Virus record (IMG/VR): IMGVR_UViG_3300007072_000001
Coordinates: 1-64,000 of that record
Direction: 5' to 3' (one strand)
Source: a virus
Taxonomy: Duplodnaviria; Caudoviricetes
DNA length: 64,000 nucleotides
The notes below the pieces were generated by a model. That model did not search any database. It was not told the DNA's origin and saw only the letters and a list, made by a program, of their open reading frames with translations. The number at the start of each line of letters is the position of its first letter. The stretch's first letter is position 1. The translations under genes and the position numbers were made by a program. Positions 1-8,914 of this stretch are shown piece by piece.

Positions 1-120
1 GTAGCTGTTCTAGTAATAGTTGGAGTCACTGTTTGAGTAATAGTAGGAGTAGCTGTTCTAGTAATAGTTGGAGTAGCTGTTCTAGTAATAGTTGGAGTCA
101 CTGTTTGAGTAATAGTAGGA
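1..120 (-). repeat. Tandem 24-bp coding repeat (two unit variants) encoding TPTITRTA / TPTITQTV
   Basis: Units gtagctgttctagtaatagttgga (x3) and gtcactgtttgagtaatagtagga (x2) in order A-B-A-A-B. Confidence 0.95.
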
Positions 121-815
121 GTACTACCTGTAGAACAAGCACTTGTAGAACATGGGTATACTCCACTTTCTGTATCTGTAGTTCCAGAGGAATCAGTTCT
201 TTCACATATTTGTCTCCATCCACTTCCATCATTATACTCTAAAACTAAATATTTCCATTCTGTACCTTCAATGGAACTACCTACACAAGTATCATCTTCC
301 ATATTAGAGAAATCATCTGTTTTATCCATTGTAGACCAGTCGTTGTATCTTACATTTACCCATACATTAGTACCGTTAGTATGATAACGATATCCAGATT
401 CTACAACTTCTGTTCCAGGATAAGTAAAAATACATTTTATATTAGCCCTACGATTAACACCACAATTAATACCACAATCAGAAGCAGTTACGTTGCTAAA
501 CGTAACAGCCCAAGCTTGAGATACACCACGTATGTAAGTTCCAGAAGAGTTATACACAGCACCCTGACCACTGCTGTTATTTGTAGCGTGTTCAGAAGCT
601 GTTTTTGTGCTATATAAATAAGCAACTATTCTAAAGTCTGAAATTCTAACTGTATAAGTAGAATGGTTATAAAAAGCCCAGGCAAAACCAAGATAATTTG
701 AACCTTTCCCCCAACCACTATCGTAAGCCTTTAAATCAAAATACTCATTACCAGCAGCAAAGGAAGATGTAATAACCACTACGATAATTAGCGGAGTTAA
801 TAGTAATTTTTTCAT
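1..815 (-). CDS. Secreted protein with CBM3-like domain followed by Thr/Pro-rich repeat linker (runs off the left edge; not in ORF track)
   Basis: ATG at 815 overlaps the upstream TAA. Translation MKKLLLTPLIIVVVITSSFAAGNEYF.. has a signal peptide. YNHSTYTVRISDFRIVAYLY and VRYNDWSTMDKTDDFS resemble CBM3 motifs, followed by TPTITQTV/TPTITRTA repeats. Confidence 0.7.
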   Translation of the reverse strand, partial: MKKLLLTPLIIVVVITSSFAAGNEYFDLKAYDSGWGKGSNYLGFAWAFYNHSTYTVRISDFRIVAYLYSTKTASEHATNNSSGQGAVYNSSGTYIRGVSQAWAVTFSNVTASDCGINCGVNRRANIKCIFTYPGTEVVESGYRYHTNGTNVWVNVRYNDWSTMDKTDDFSNMEDDTCVGSSIEGTEWKYLVLEYNDGSGWRQICERTDSSGTTDTESGVYPCSTSACSTGSTPTITQTVTPTITRTATPTITRTATPTITQTVTPTITRTA

Positions 816-1243
816 TATTTTGGCACTCCATTTTTAACAAAGTTATAATCTACATCAATACTTCTATTATCGAAATCAATATTTTTAATTTTTTTTAAAT
901 TTTTTATTACTGGCGCCTTTTCGCCAAGTTTTTCAAAAACAACTGCGCCATCTGTAGTATTACTAAAAACCTCTATTAATACATATGTATTATCTGTGTT
1001 GCTTATCATATCCAAAGTATATGGCATTGGAGCGGCAGAAGATTCAAATGTTATATATGCTCCAGCAACTAGTGAAGTATCTATTTCAAAGTACATAACC
1101 TCGATTGGAGTAGGAGTTGGAGTAGGGGTATGCTGTGGAGTTGGAGTTGGTGTTTGTTCTGAAAAAGCTGATATTGAAAATAATATAATAAATAGAAATA
1201 GCCTAAACATAACATTTAATAAAGGATTTATTGTTATTATCAT
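815..1243 (-). CDS. Secreted protein with short Pro/Thr linker
   Basis: GGAGGA RBS, hydrophobic signal peptide ending AFS, QTPTPTPQHTPTPTPTP. Confidence 0.75.
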   Translation of the reverse strand: MIITINPLLNVMFRLFLFIILFSISAFSEQTPTPTPQHTPTPTPTPIEVMYFEIDTSLVAGAYITFESSAAPMPYTLDMISNTDNTYVLIEVFSNTTDGAVVFEKLGEKAPVIKNLKKIKNIDFDNRSIDVDYNFVKNGVPK

Positions 1244-1324
1244 TTTATTCCTCCGTTATTATAGAAATTATTGCAATTAATATTCCAAAAACTGTCATTA
1301 TTATTGTTCCACCGATAATAAACT

Positions 1325-1609
1325 TCATATTACTAAACCTTCCCAATTTACTTTTTGTTCATCTCCAGTAATTGTATTTCTCACAATTAAATAACATCTA
1401 CAATTTACATGAGACTTCTCGAATATTGGTGCTTCATATCTGAGATTGCTCAAGAATTCTTCGAGTGTCCATTTGTTTCCATTAAGATGTTGACATTGCT
1501 GACATCCATCTTCATTACCAACCCATTCAACCTCATCAAACCCATTGTATAAAAGTTCCTGTAAAGGAGCTAAGCTCATATCTATATTTGCTGCATGTAT
1601 CTCACACAT
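1325..1609 (-). CDS. Stand-alone MuF / SPP1 gp7-like minor head protein C-terminal domain
   Basis: EWVG..DGCQQCQHLNG and SHVNCRC motifs typical of MuF; preceded by a late-promoter motif. Confidence 0.75.
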   Translation of the reverse strand: MCEIHAANIDMSLAPLQELLYNGFDEVEWVGNEDGCQQCQHLNGNKWTLEEFLSNLRYEAPIFEKSHVNCRCYLIVRNTITGDEQKVNWEGLVI

Positions 1610-1624
1610 ACTATCTCCTTTTAA

Positions 1625-1644
1625 TAAATATCAAAAAATAACTT
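1625..1644 (-). promoter_or_regulatory. Putative phage late promoter (AAGTTA-N8-TATTTA)
   Basis: One-mismatch copy of the recurrent TAGTTA-N8-TATTTA motif, just upstream of the MuF-like gene. Confidence 0.6.
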
Positions 1645-1645
1645 A

Positions 1646-1682
1646 GTTAGGTTATCAATTTAATTAATTTTAATAACTATAT
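1646..1682 (-). mobile_element. 37-bp collapsed IS607-end remnant
   Basis: 1652-1682 is identical to 39640-39670 (31 bp) and 1646-1660 is identical to 39161-39175, the two ends of the IS607 remnant. Confidence 0.75.
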
Positions 1683-2431
1683 TTTTGTACGATGGCTTGA
1701 AACTTTTCAGATGCTTTCAACTCTTTCCAAATAAGTAAACATCCTGGCCTCGTATCAGTTATTGTCTTATCTTTTAATTTAAAAACCAAAATATTTCCAT
1801 TTTTTGGATCAGAACATACGTAAGCAGAATTAAGATACGAACCTCTTACTCTACCGTTATACCCCCAAAATGTATCTGCTATACCGTGTTCATTATTAAA
1901 GCCATATCTATTCTTACTTTTTATTTCATTAGCCGCAACCAAACAAGCAAATTCGAAATTATGACTCACACGAGTATCACCTTTATAATTATATTTTTGA
2001 GCAACCATATGCTCATAACGCCTTATATTTAAATCAAAATCTGGTGTTTCGTCTCCTCCACGATCAAGCATAAATGGGCCACCTATATTTTTAATTAAAA
2101 CTTTTTTCTTTTTAGAATAGTACCCCATACGTAAATTGGATTCACGATAATGAATAGCAATTAATATTTCGATCGGGATTCCGACTTTTTTCGAAGCCCA
2201 ATAATAATATTTGTAATTTTGCTCTATTATTTCATAATCTCTGTTTGTTAAATATCCTATTGGTTCTGTTAAACTATTAATTTCAACACTATATAATGTT
2301 TTTGGAATGTTTAAAACAAATGTAATTTTTATAATTAATACCATAAGTGTTATCATAAAAAATTTTTTTATTGATGTTTGCAAAGCAATATTTTTTTCAT
2401 ATTCATACAAAGACAATGCGCACCTATTCAT
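1670..2431 (-). CDS. Lysozyme-like / SLT-type lytic transglycosylase with N-terminal hydrophobic segment (endolysin candidate)
   Basis: WASKKVGIPIEILIAIHYRESN catalytic ES motif, GYNG motif, TM-like segment near N-terminus. Confidence 0.7.
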   Translation of the reverse strand: MNRCALSLYEYEKNIALQTSIKKFFMITLMVLIIKITFVLNIPKTLYSVEINSLTEPIGYLTNRDYEIIEQNYKYYYWASKKVGIPIEILIAIHYRESNLRMGYYSKKKKVLIKNIGGPFMLDRGGDETPDFDLNIRRYEHMVAQKYNYKGDTRVSHNFEFACLVAANEIKSKNRYGFNNEHGIADTFWGYNGRVRGSYLNSAYVCSDPKNGNILVFKLKDKTITDTRPGCLLIWKELKASEKFQAIVQKYSY

Positions 2432-2463
2432 AGCTCACATCCTTTTAAAAATATATTGACGAA

Positions 2464-2820
2464 CTATTGTTGTTCAAGCCAACTTAATGAGCCATAAAAT
2501 GTTTCAATTTGATTGCTAAGATTATAGACGCTTAGTGTAATTACATCAGACACCTCAGCTATATTTGCCAGCAATTTTATTTTGGACAATAACTCCGAAG
2601 CAACAACATTAGCCAATGCAGAAGAATACCCACTGGCCAATTTTAATCCACCTGAAACTGTTGCTCCGTTAACTAACAATTCATCCCATACATTTGACTT
2701 TTTTTCAAATAAAGTTTTTGAATCAAATACTGTATCTGGATTTGATACTCTTTGACGACCAAATGCATCAAGCATTGGCCCGTCTTCGATTTTTGTTATT
2801 GTTCTTCGTAATAAACTCAT
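2464..2820 (-). CDS. Short virion-associated protein of the DAFGRxRVS type, possibly internally deleted
   Basis: N-terminal DAFGRQRVSNPDTVFDS and C-terminal GSLSWLE motifs recalled from longer phage structural proteins. Confidence 0.45.
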   Translation of the reverse strand: MSLLRRTITKIEDGPMLDAFGRQRVSNPDTVFDSKTLFEKKSNVWDELLVNGATVSGGLKLASGYSSALANVVASELLSKIKLLANIAEVSDVITLSVYNLSNQIETFYGSLSWLEQQ

Positions 2821-2839
2821 TTATCAATACCACCTTGAA

Positions 2840-3961
2840 TTATATTATATACCAAGCACTACCGTTACATACTATATCTATACTCTCACCAGGCAAAAGT
2901 GTAAAGTTAGAACTACCTTCAATCATTTCTGTTCCATCCGGTTCAACTATTACATTATATGTAGAACCTATATTTTTAAACACATACTTTTGTCCGCTCT
3001 TTCCAGAAACTGATGGTAAATTTGCAGTTATATTAGCCCCAACCGCATCAGTATCAAACAATACTATATGAACATATTCAGTTATTGTTGTAGAAGAACT
3101 TGTTATAGTAGAAACACTATATTGAATACCACCTGTCAGTTCTGTTTTTCCATTATATGGAGCAATTGATATTGTACTTCCATCTATTTGTATATAACTC
3201 CCTGGAGAGCCAAGATAAAATTTTATTAAACCTCCACCACTATTTAAAACTGTTATATCTCCAGAGTTGCTATTCGTTACTTGTAATCCATTAGTAGACC
3301 CAAGAGATATAACACCAGTATCATCCATATATAATTGACATGAGCCAACAGCATGATTTATTAAAACATAACTGGATGGTGATGTATTCATTATTTGTAT
3401 ATTGCCACTATTATTATTTACAATCTCTATACCACCATTAGATGTTGCCGTGTTATTTATATACATCTTCTTGTGAGGATTTAATATTTTAAATCCATAA
3501 GCCCCAGTAGGATTGTTTGCCAATAACAACATTTGCGAACCATCCTGATTCGTCAATATAATATTCCCACCTGGAGATGCAATACTTTTATTTCTTAATA
3601 CCAAATCTCCAGTACTATTAACATTTTTATTTACTTCCATTTCTATTGTAGCATCAGAACAAAAAGATATATATCCAGAACCATTATTAGTTGGTGTGCC
3701 AGAATAAAATTGAATAGGAGCTTGCCCGGTAAGATTAACACTTACCCCGCCGTTGCCCGTACCATTATCAAATATTTGAAACCCACTTGAACGACCTATA
3801 TTCGTCGAAAACCCACCACTGTTCGAAGCATTTAAATATAACCCAGCCGAAGTTTGTGTATCTAATACCATTCCTGGACCGGATGCCATTATCTTTACAT
3901 AATTAACTCTATCATTGTTTGGATTTTGAAGTATTATTGTTCGTTTATTACTCATTTTCAT
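2840..3961 (-). CDS. Tail fibre/spike-like beta-rich protein
   Basis: Gly/Asn/Ser-rich beta repeats; C-terminal ITANLP..GQKYVFKN..IEG..L..GESI..W domain common in fibres. Confidence 0.65.
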   Translation of the reverse strand: MKMSNKRTIILQNPNNDRVNYVKIMASGPGMVLDTQTSAGLYLNASNSGGFSTNIGRSSGFQIFDNGTGNGGVSVNLTGQAPIQFYSGTPTNNGSGYISFCSDATIEMEVNKNVNSTGDLVLRNKSIASPGGNIILTNQDGSQMLLLANNPTGAYGFKILNPHKKMYINNTATSNGGIEIVNNNSGNIQIMNTSPSSYVLINHAVGSCQLYMDDTGVISLGSTNGLQVTNSNSGDITVLNSGGGLIKFYLGSPGSYIQIDGSTISIAPYNGKTELTGGIQYSVSTITSSSTTITEYVHIVLFDTDAVGANITANLPSVSGKSGQKYVFKNIGSTYNVIVEPDGTEMIEGSSNFTLLPGESIDIVCNGSAWYII

Positions 3962-4130
3962 TCTCCTTTTTTACTCTTCCAGCTCCTTTACAATTAGGGC
4001 ATAATACAAACGGAGGTCCAATCTTTGTTATAAACTCGTATTTATCTTTCCCGTCAGTAATCCACTTTGTTAAATCAGGATTTTGTATAATATTAGTACC
4101 TTTACACTGTGGACAATTTTCAATATTCAT
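3948..4130 (-). CDS. Small zinc-finger protein (DnaJ-type CxxCxG x2)
   Basis: CPQCKG and CPNCKGAG, with RBS. Confidence 0.65.
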   Translation of the reverse strand: MNIENCPQCKGTNIIQNPDLTKWITDGKDKYEFITKIGPPFVLCPNCKGAGRVKKENENE

Positions 4131-4139
4131 GCTCTCTCC

Positions 4140-6029
4140 TTATAAGATTGCCCAGAACCATGCATTATAACTCTGGTCATAATAAGCTGTTATTTCAATA
4201 CTTTCATATTGTGCTAATGTTTGAGAAGAATAACCATCAATAACTTGACCACTATATGCATTCACAGTAACGAGATTTGTTCCCATATTTTTTATTATTA
4301 ATGTTTTCCCACTGGGCACAACAGTACCTTCAATTTCTGGAAGATTTAAAGTAATTGCTCCTGCATTTGTTTGACAAATAAAAATATGATATGATACATA
4401 AGATAAAGAACTTAAATCATAAGGTGAATTAGTATCATCTAAATATATTGCTTTATATGCAATATTACCATTTAAGTTTATTGTTTTATAATTTGCATTT
4501 AAATCTATTCCTTCCTGTCCATCAATAATAACTTTATTGTTGTCAGCTTTTATTTGTAAATTCCCATCGTCTTTCATCTTAATACTTTGTGAATAACTGG
4601 ATGCATTATTTACTATATTTATCTGTCCATCATCGCTTAATTCAATATAACAATTTCCAATACCATAAGAATTATTAATAAATATTTTATCTTGAGAATC
4701 TCCTAAATATCGCATTTCAATAGTTTTTTGATTATTGCCGCCATTGCCAATTGAATTCATCATTGCTTGAGCTGTTCCGTTAACCTCGTTGATATTAAAA
4801 GTTATTCCACTATTATTTTGCAGCTGCATTTGCAATGAATCTAACTTTAAACTAAAACTATACCCACCATATCCATAAGTTTTTGTGTTATCATTACCAT
4901 ATACATTAAATGATAAACTTGGATGGTACATATACATATAAACTGATTTATATATATTGTTATCATAATCACTATCAAAAAATGCCATCCAGTTATCAGA
5001 AGAGTTATCAGCATTAAGAGTAAAATAATTACTTATTTCATGATTAGTACCAGGAAATAAATAACGAGTACTCAATAAACATGATGGAACACTTCCATTT
5101 GAAATGATAAAATTAGAATAATTATTACTATCTGTATAACGTTTTTCCATCTTTATAGTTGCATTATCATTTGAATAAGTCTGTAAATAAAATTCTTTCA
5201 AATTTTGCATAATTACATTAGTATTATACGAAGCTCCACTCCCAGTTCCGTCAACAATAAAGTTTGGAGTGATTACTTCCAAAGCAGACGTGTTTCTGAT
5301 ATACTGCGCCCAAGCTTCTGACCACCATATCAATTTGTCAGAAGACAAATATCTATCTGTGACACCAAATCCCCATACCCCTCCACTTCTATTTTCTAAA
5401 TAAAGATTTGCACCGTTTGTTGCAATATAAATTTTGCCATTTGGAGGTGGTGCATCGTTTAATATTTGAATCAATCCATTTGTCGCCCCGGAATGATTTA
5501 ATATCTCTATCAACCCATTTGTTGCATTATTTTGCAACTTAATAGAACCACCATGTGCTGAAGTATCATTATTATATACAGCAAATATAGAACCTGGTAT
5601 GTTAAATTGCACAGGGCTGGAGCCAACTGCAGTCATATTGACCAACATTCCGCCTCCACCCATTCCATTATCATAAATCTGAAGACCACTGCCACTACCA
5701 CATCTTATTCTTGTGCCACCACCATATTCTCCATTAATTTCAACTCCATATCCACCATGTCCATCAATAAAGAGCCCACCAAAACTATTTCTTATCTCAA
5801 CTTTTGCTCCGTCACTTCTGGCAGCAAAATAATTATTATATATATCCCCAAAATAATTTGCGTCACCACCAGAACTAAGACCATCCATGATTCTAATACC
5901 TTTATAAACCAAAGATTTGATGTTAATCAATGTTCCAGAAGATGAACTGTCTGCGTTAGTCAACTCAAATCCATCAAGAAAATTGAGCACATTGTTTATA
6001 TTATCAGCAATGAACTTAGTACGAGCCAT
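4140..6029 (-). CDS. Tail fibre/spike-like protein, paralogue of 2840-3961
   Basis: Same C-terminal domain (ITLNLP..GKTLIIKN..IDG..L..YESI..W) and shared SGLQIYDNG.G.GG segment. Confidence 0.65.
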   Translation of the reverse strand: MARTKFIADNINNVLNFLDGFELTNADSSSSGTLINIKSLVYKGIRIMDGLSSGGDANYFGDIYNNYFAARSDGAKVEIRNSFGGLFIDGHGGYGVEINGEYGGGTRIRCGSGSGLQIYDNGMGGGGMLVNMTAVGSSPVQFNIPGSIFAVYNNDTSAHGGSIKLQNNATNGLIEILNHSGATNGLIQILNDAPPPNGKIYIATNGANLYLENRSGGVWGFGVTDRYLSSDKLIWWSEAWAQYIRNTSALEVITPNFIVDGTGSGASYNTNVIMQNLKEFYLQTYSNDNATIKMEKRYTDSNNYSNFIISNGSVPSCLLSTRYLFPGTNHEISNYFTLNADNSSDNWMAFFDSDYDNNIYKSVYMYMYHPSLSFNVYGNDNTKTYGYGGYSFSLKLDSLQMQLQNNSGITFNINEVNGTAQAMMNSIGNGGNNQKTIEMRYLGDSQDKIFINNSYGIGNCYIELSDDGQINIVNNASSYSQSIKMKDDGNLQIKADNNKVIIDGQEGIDLNANYKTINLNGNIAYKAIYLDDTNSPYDLSSLSYVSYHIFICQTNAGAITLNLPEIEGTVVPSGKTLIIKNMGTNLVTVNAYSGQVIDGYSSQTLAQYESIEITAYYDQSYNAWFWAIL

Positions 6030-6042
6030 TTAACTCTCCCAA

Positions 6043-6255
6043 TTACCAAGCATCTTCAATTACTTCATCGGCTTGGTTGTATTTAATAATATTTTTGCCT
6101 TTTGAACCTTTTGTATACACTACATTTGTATCAGTATTCTTTACGTCCACAACAAATATGCAACGCACTTGAGAAATTTGTTCGTTTGCAGCAAGCTGAA
6201 TTTCAGTCACTGCATCTCTCACTGCCTGTCCTATTTCACTGTTTGTTTTCGCCAT
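6043..6255 (-). CDS. Hypothetical protein
   Basis: ORF in tightly packed minus-strand operon with RBS. Confidence 0.6.
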   Translation of the reverse strand: MAKTNSEIGQAVRDAVTEIQLAANEQISQVRCIFVVDVKNTDTNVVYTKGSKGKNIIKYNQADEVIEDAW

Positions 6256-6541
6256 TTAACTTTACCTCATCTTTCTTTAAGTTTTGAATTTCACTTACTA
6301 TTTTTTGAGCTTCCTCTTGACCGACCAATGTGACCATTAAATCTGCCACACTTTGCATTGCCCCGAGAATCTGTTGAGATTTTGCCTGCTCCTGTCCAAG
6401 AGCTTGTTGCAACTTACTAATATTTGCATTAGTATTGCCAAGTTCTTGATTTAATCTCGTAAATCTGTCTTTCAGTTCTACCATGCCAATTGTTTTTTTA
6501 TCCATACCACGCCTCCTAAGATAATTTTTACTAAATTCCAA
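6236..6541 (-). CDS. Coiled-coil hypothetical protein (possible fibre chaperone); probable start at MDKKT
   Basis: Heptad-rich sequence; AGGAGG upstream of the internal ATG. Confidence 0.55.
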   Translation of the reverse strand: MEFSKNYLRRRGMDKKTIGMVELKDRFTRLNQELGNTNANISKLQQALGQEQAKSQQILGAMQSVADLMVTLVGQEEAQKIVSEIQNLKKDEVKLNGENKQ

Positions 6542-6977
6542 GCCAGGTTTTACAATAATCTATGTTGCGTTCGACCTTATTCTTAAGGTCGAGAACTTCT
6601 ACGTTTGGTTCAACTTTGTCACCTTCCGCTTTTTTAATAAGTTCATCAACGATAGCCTTAGCATCAGTCAGATATGTCATTGCTTCCACCAGAAGTGAAT
6701 GCTCTTTTGTTGTTTTATGAAGCTTAATAAGAACATATGCTGCATTATTATATTGCCATCCTTCAATAACTGGTATGGCTCCTTTGTTAGCCATAGAAGC
6801 TGCTTCGAGATACTTAGCAACAGCAGTTGTAGTATTACCAGCTTCTTCCGCTTTTACTGCCTCTGCTTTTGTTGCTTTGTATGCTTGGAATTTCTTTGTA
6901 TTTTCCCAAACTCCAGCAAAAGTCACTTCTACTACAACAAACATCAGCATTGCTAAAACAATTGCCTTTTTCATCAC
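6531..6977 (-). CDS. Secreted alpha-helical (TPR-like) protein
   Basis: Signal peptide MKKAIVLAMLMFVVVEVTFA; YNNAAYVL helical repeat pattern. Confidence 0.65.
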   Translation of the reverse strand: MMKKAIVLAMLMFVVVEVTFAGVWENTKKFQAYKATKAEAVKAEEAGNTTTAVAKYLEAASMANKGAIPVIEGWQYNNAAYVLIKLHKTTKEHSLLVEAMTYLTDAKAIVDELIKKAEGDKVEPNVEVLDLKNKVERNIDYCKTWLGI

Positions 6978-6991
6978 TTTCCTCCTAAAGT

Positions 6992-7464
6992 TTATACAAA
7001 ATCACCCAATTCTTCTTTTAACGTCTTAAAATACAAATCGTAAACTGGTGTTGTCACAGTATCCACTTCAAATTGCTCTTTTATCTCCTCCATATCTGCA
7101 TTCATTCTAACTCTAATTTGCTTCTTAAGTTCTTTACCATAAGTCTTTGCAACTTCTATAGCAGCTCTTCTTCTATTAATTCTTCTTTACTTTCCGCCTT
7201 CACCATATCGACAATTTCTTTGTCTGTTTTACCGCTCACAATCATTTCTCGAATTTTTTTAAAAACCATTCTATTTGAAATAGATGCAGTCACAAAATTC
7301 TTAGTAGCAATCTCGTTCGCCTCATCAAATGTATTTGCTTCGTATGGACCAATAATGCCTTTAACAAAACCAGAGTCAAGAATTTTTTCCATCTGCTCTT
7401 CGTTTCTGTACGGTTTTACTTTTATCTCTCCATCTTTGTACTTACAAGCTAACCATTTTCTCAT
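6992..7464 (-). CDS. Putative head cargo protein with GKT tag; broken by apparent 1-nt frameshift near 7175
   Basis: KKIREMIVSGKTDKEIVDMV motif. The -1 frame continues RRAAIEVAKTYG..LGDFV* and fills the gap to the next gene. Confidence 0.65.
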
Positions 7465-7467
7465 ATT

Positions 7468-8505
7468 TCACCTCTCCTTTAATATTTGAGTTATTATTTG
7501 AACAGCATTGTCGTAACCATTACGAGAATTCTTATTCCTTCTCATAAGCTCTTTGAGTTCAGCTTTCGTTTTATACCCAAGACGAATAGCTTTCCGCTCA
7601 ATCATATCTTCAATAACAGCGTCATCAAATGTACCAAATGCTTTTATCTTTGCCAATGCCGGCTCGACAATTAAGCTCCCCATTTCTTCATTTGTAATCC
7701 CAATTTCATCATACGTAAAGTATTCGACATTTCCATCAACAACTGCTTCAATCTGGTTCTCATCATAACTTGGAACTTCAACAACCCCTGCTGGTCTATC
7801 GTGTTTTTTGAGATAATCTTTAATAGCATTAGCTAAATATCTGTTTACTACATCTGCTCTTAACATATTAAGAATCCTATCTTCTTTCTGTGGAGTGCTT
7901 TCATAATATTGTCTTATTATTTTGAACTCGTCTTTCCCAACCTTTTCAGCCCACCAGCCATCTCCATCAATTTCCCATATAATTGCATTTTTTGCAGTTT
8001 CACTTCCAATTTGATAACCTAAAGTTTCAAGCATTTTTAAGTCATATACTTTCCCAGGAACAAGATCTTCTGAATGTAATTTATAACGGTCGACTGGAGA
8101 CCAACTTTTTATTTTCTGTTGTCGTATTTTAAGTTGTTCTTCGAACTTATCAAACTCAGGACCATAATAAAAAGGCGATTCTTCCAAATGGTCCAATGCT
8201 ATCCATTTATAAATCATATCGTCTGGTGGAAGCGTTTTATTTGTGTTAAAATATTCTTTAAGACGAGTAAGCATACCTTTATGTTCAGTCTCAATATTTA
8301 TTCCTTTTTGAAGATTTTCTTCAAACGCTGAGTCTTCTTTAACCCCAACAATATCAGATGGGTCAAAGTTTCTTAAATCTTCATTAGCATCTTCCTCAGT
8401 ATCAAATGGTCCGCCAATATATCCTCTAAATACCCAATACCACTTACCGTCTTCTTCATATACTCCTTCTGTGTGAATTCCAAAATCGTCAGCTTTGATA
8501 TACAT
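7468..8505 (-). CDS. Modular head-associated protein with DUF5661-like domain
   Basis: GINIETEH..WIALDHLEESPFYY matches the G..E.EH/IA.DHL.E..YY pattern; modules separated by IKA/LRA. Confidence 0.6.
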   Translation of the reverse strand: MYIKADDFGIHTEGVYEEDGKWYWVFRGYIGGPFDTEEDANEDLRNFDPSDIVGVKEDSAFEENLQKGINIETEHKGMLTRLKEYFNTNKTLPPDDMIYKWIALDHLEESPFYYGPEFDKFEEQLKIRQQKIKSWSPVDRYKLHSEDLVPGKVYDLKMLETLGYQIGSETAKNAIIWEIDGDGWWAEKVGKDEFKIIRQYYESTPQKEDRILNMLRADVVNRYLANAIKDYLKKHDRPAGVVEVPSYDENQIEAVVDGNVEYFTYDEIGITNEEMGSLIVEPALAKIKAFGTFDDAVIEDMIERKAIRLGYKTKAELKELMRRNKNSRNGYDNAVQIITQILKER

Positions 8506-8810
8506 TATTCTTCATCCTTTTTAACTTTTTTTTCTTTTTTTGCCTTAGCCTCTATTCTCGTTCCTTCTTCCAAATCCAGTTTCTCTATTTTCTTAGCATC
8601 TCCTTTAATTAACTGACCAACAATAATAAGCTTTTTGTCGATCATAGCTTTAAGTCTACCACCTTCAAGACTGGCTTTAAGGCTTTTTTCATCCACATCA
8701 GTCGTATTCATAACACCATAAGGTGCTATAACTACTTTGCTTTTACCATCCTTCTTGAAAACGTCTGTGGTTAACTCAATGTGAGAGATGTTTCTAATTT
8801 CATTTGCCAT
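8505..8810 (-). CDS. Hypothetical protein downstream of major capsid
   Basis: Strong RBS, position after MCP. Confidence 0.7.
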   Translation of the reverse strand: MANEIRNISHIELTTDVFKKDGKSKVVIAPYGVMNTTDVDEKSLKASLEGGRLKAMIDKKLIIVGQLIKGDAKKIEKLDLEEGTRIEAKAKKEKKVKKDEE

Positions 8811-8863
8811 TGTTGTTCTCCTCCTTAAATAATTTTGCTACTTCCTAATTTCTTGTTTTAGAG

Positions 8864-8890
8864 AAGGGGAGAGGAAGATCCTCTCCCCTT
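8864..8890 (-). terminator. 12-bp stem hairpin after major capsid gene
   Basis: aaggggagagga-aga-tcctctcccctt; weak U tract. Confidence 0.7.
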
Positions 8891-8914
8891 TCGAATCTCG
8901 AATCGAAATTACAA

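Noticed and set aside
1-120. 24-bp repeats as a CRISPR array
   Set aside because: Units are contiguous with no unique spacers and are in frame in a Thr/Pro linker
2840-6029. Diversity-generating retroelement acting on the fibre genes
   Set aside because: No reverse transcriptase and no near-identical TR/VR pair differing at adenines visible in the window
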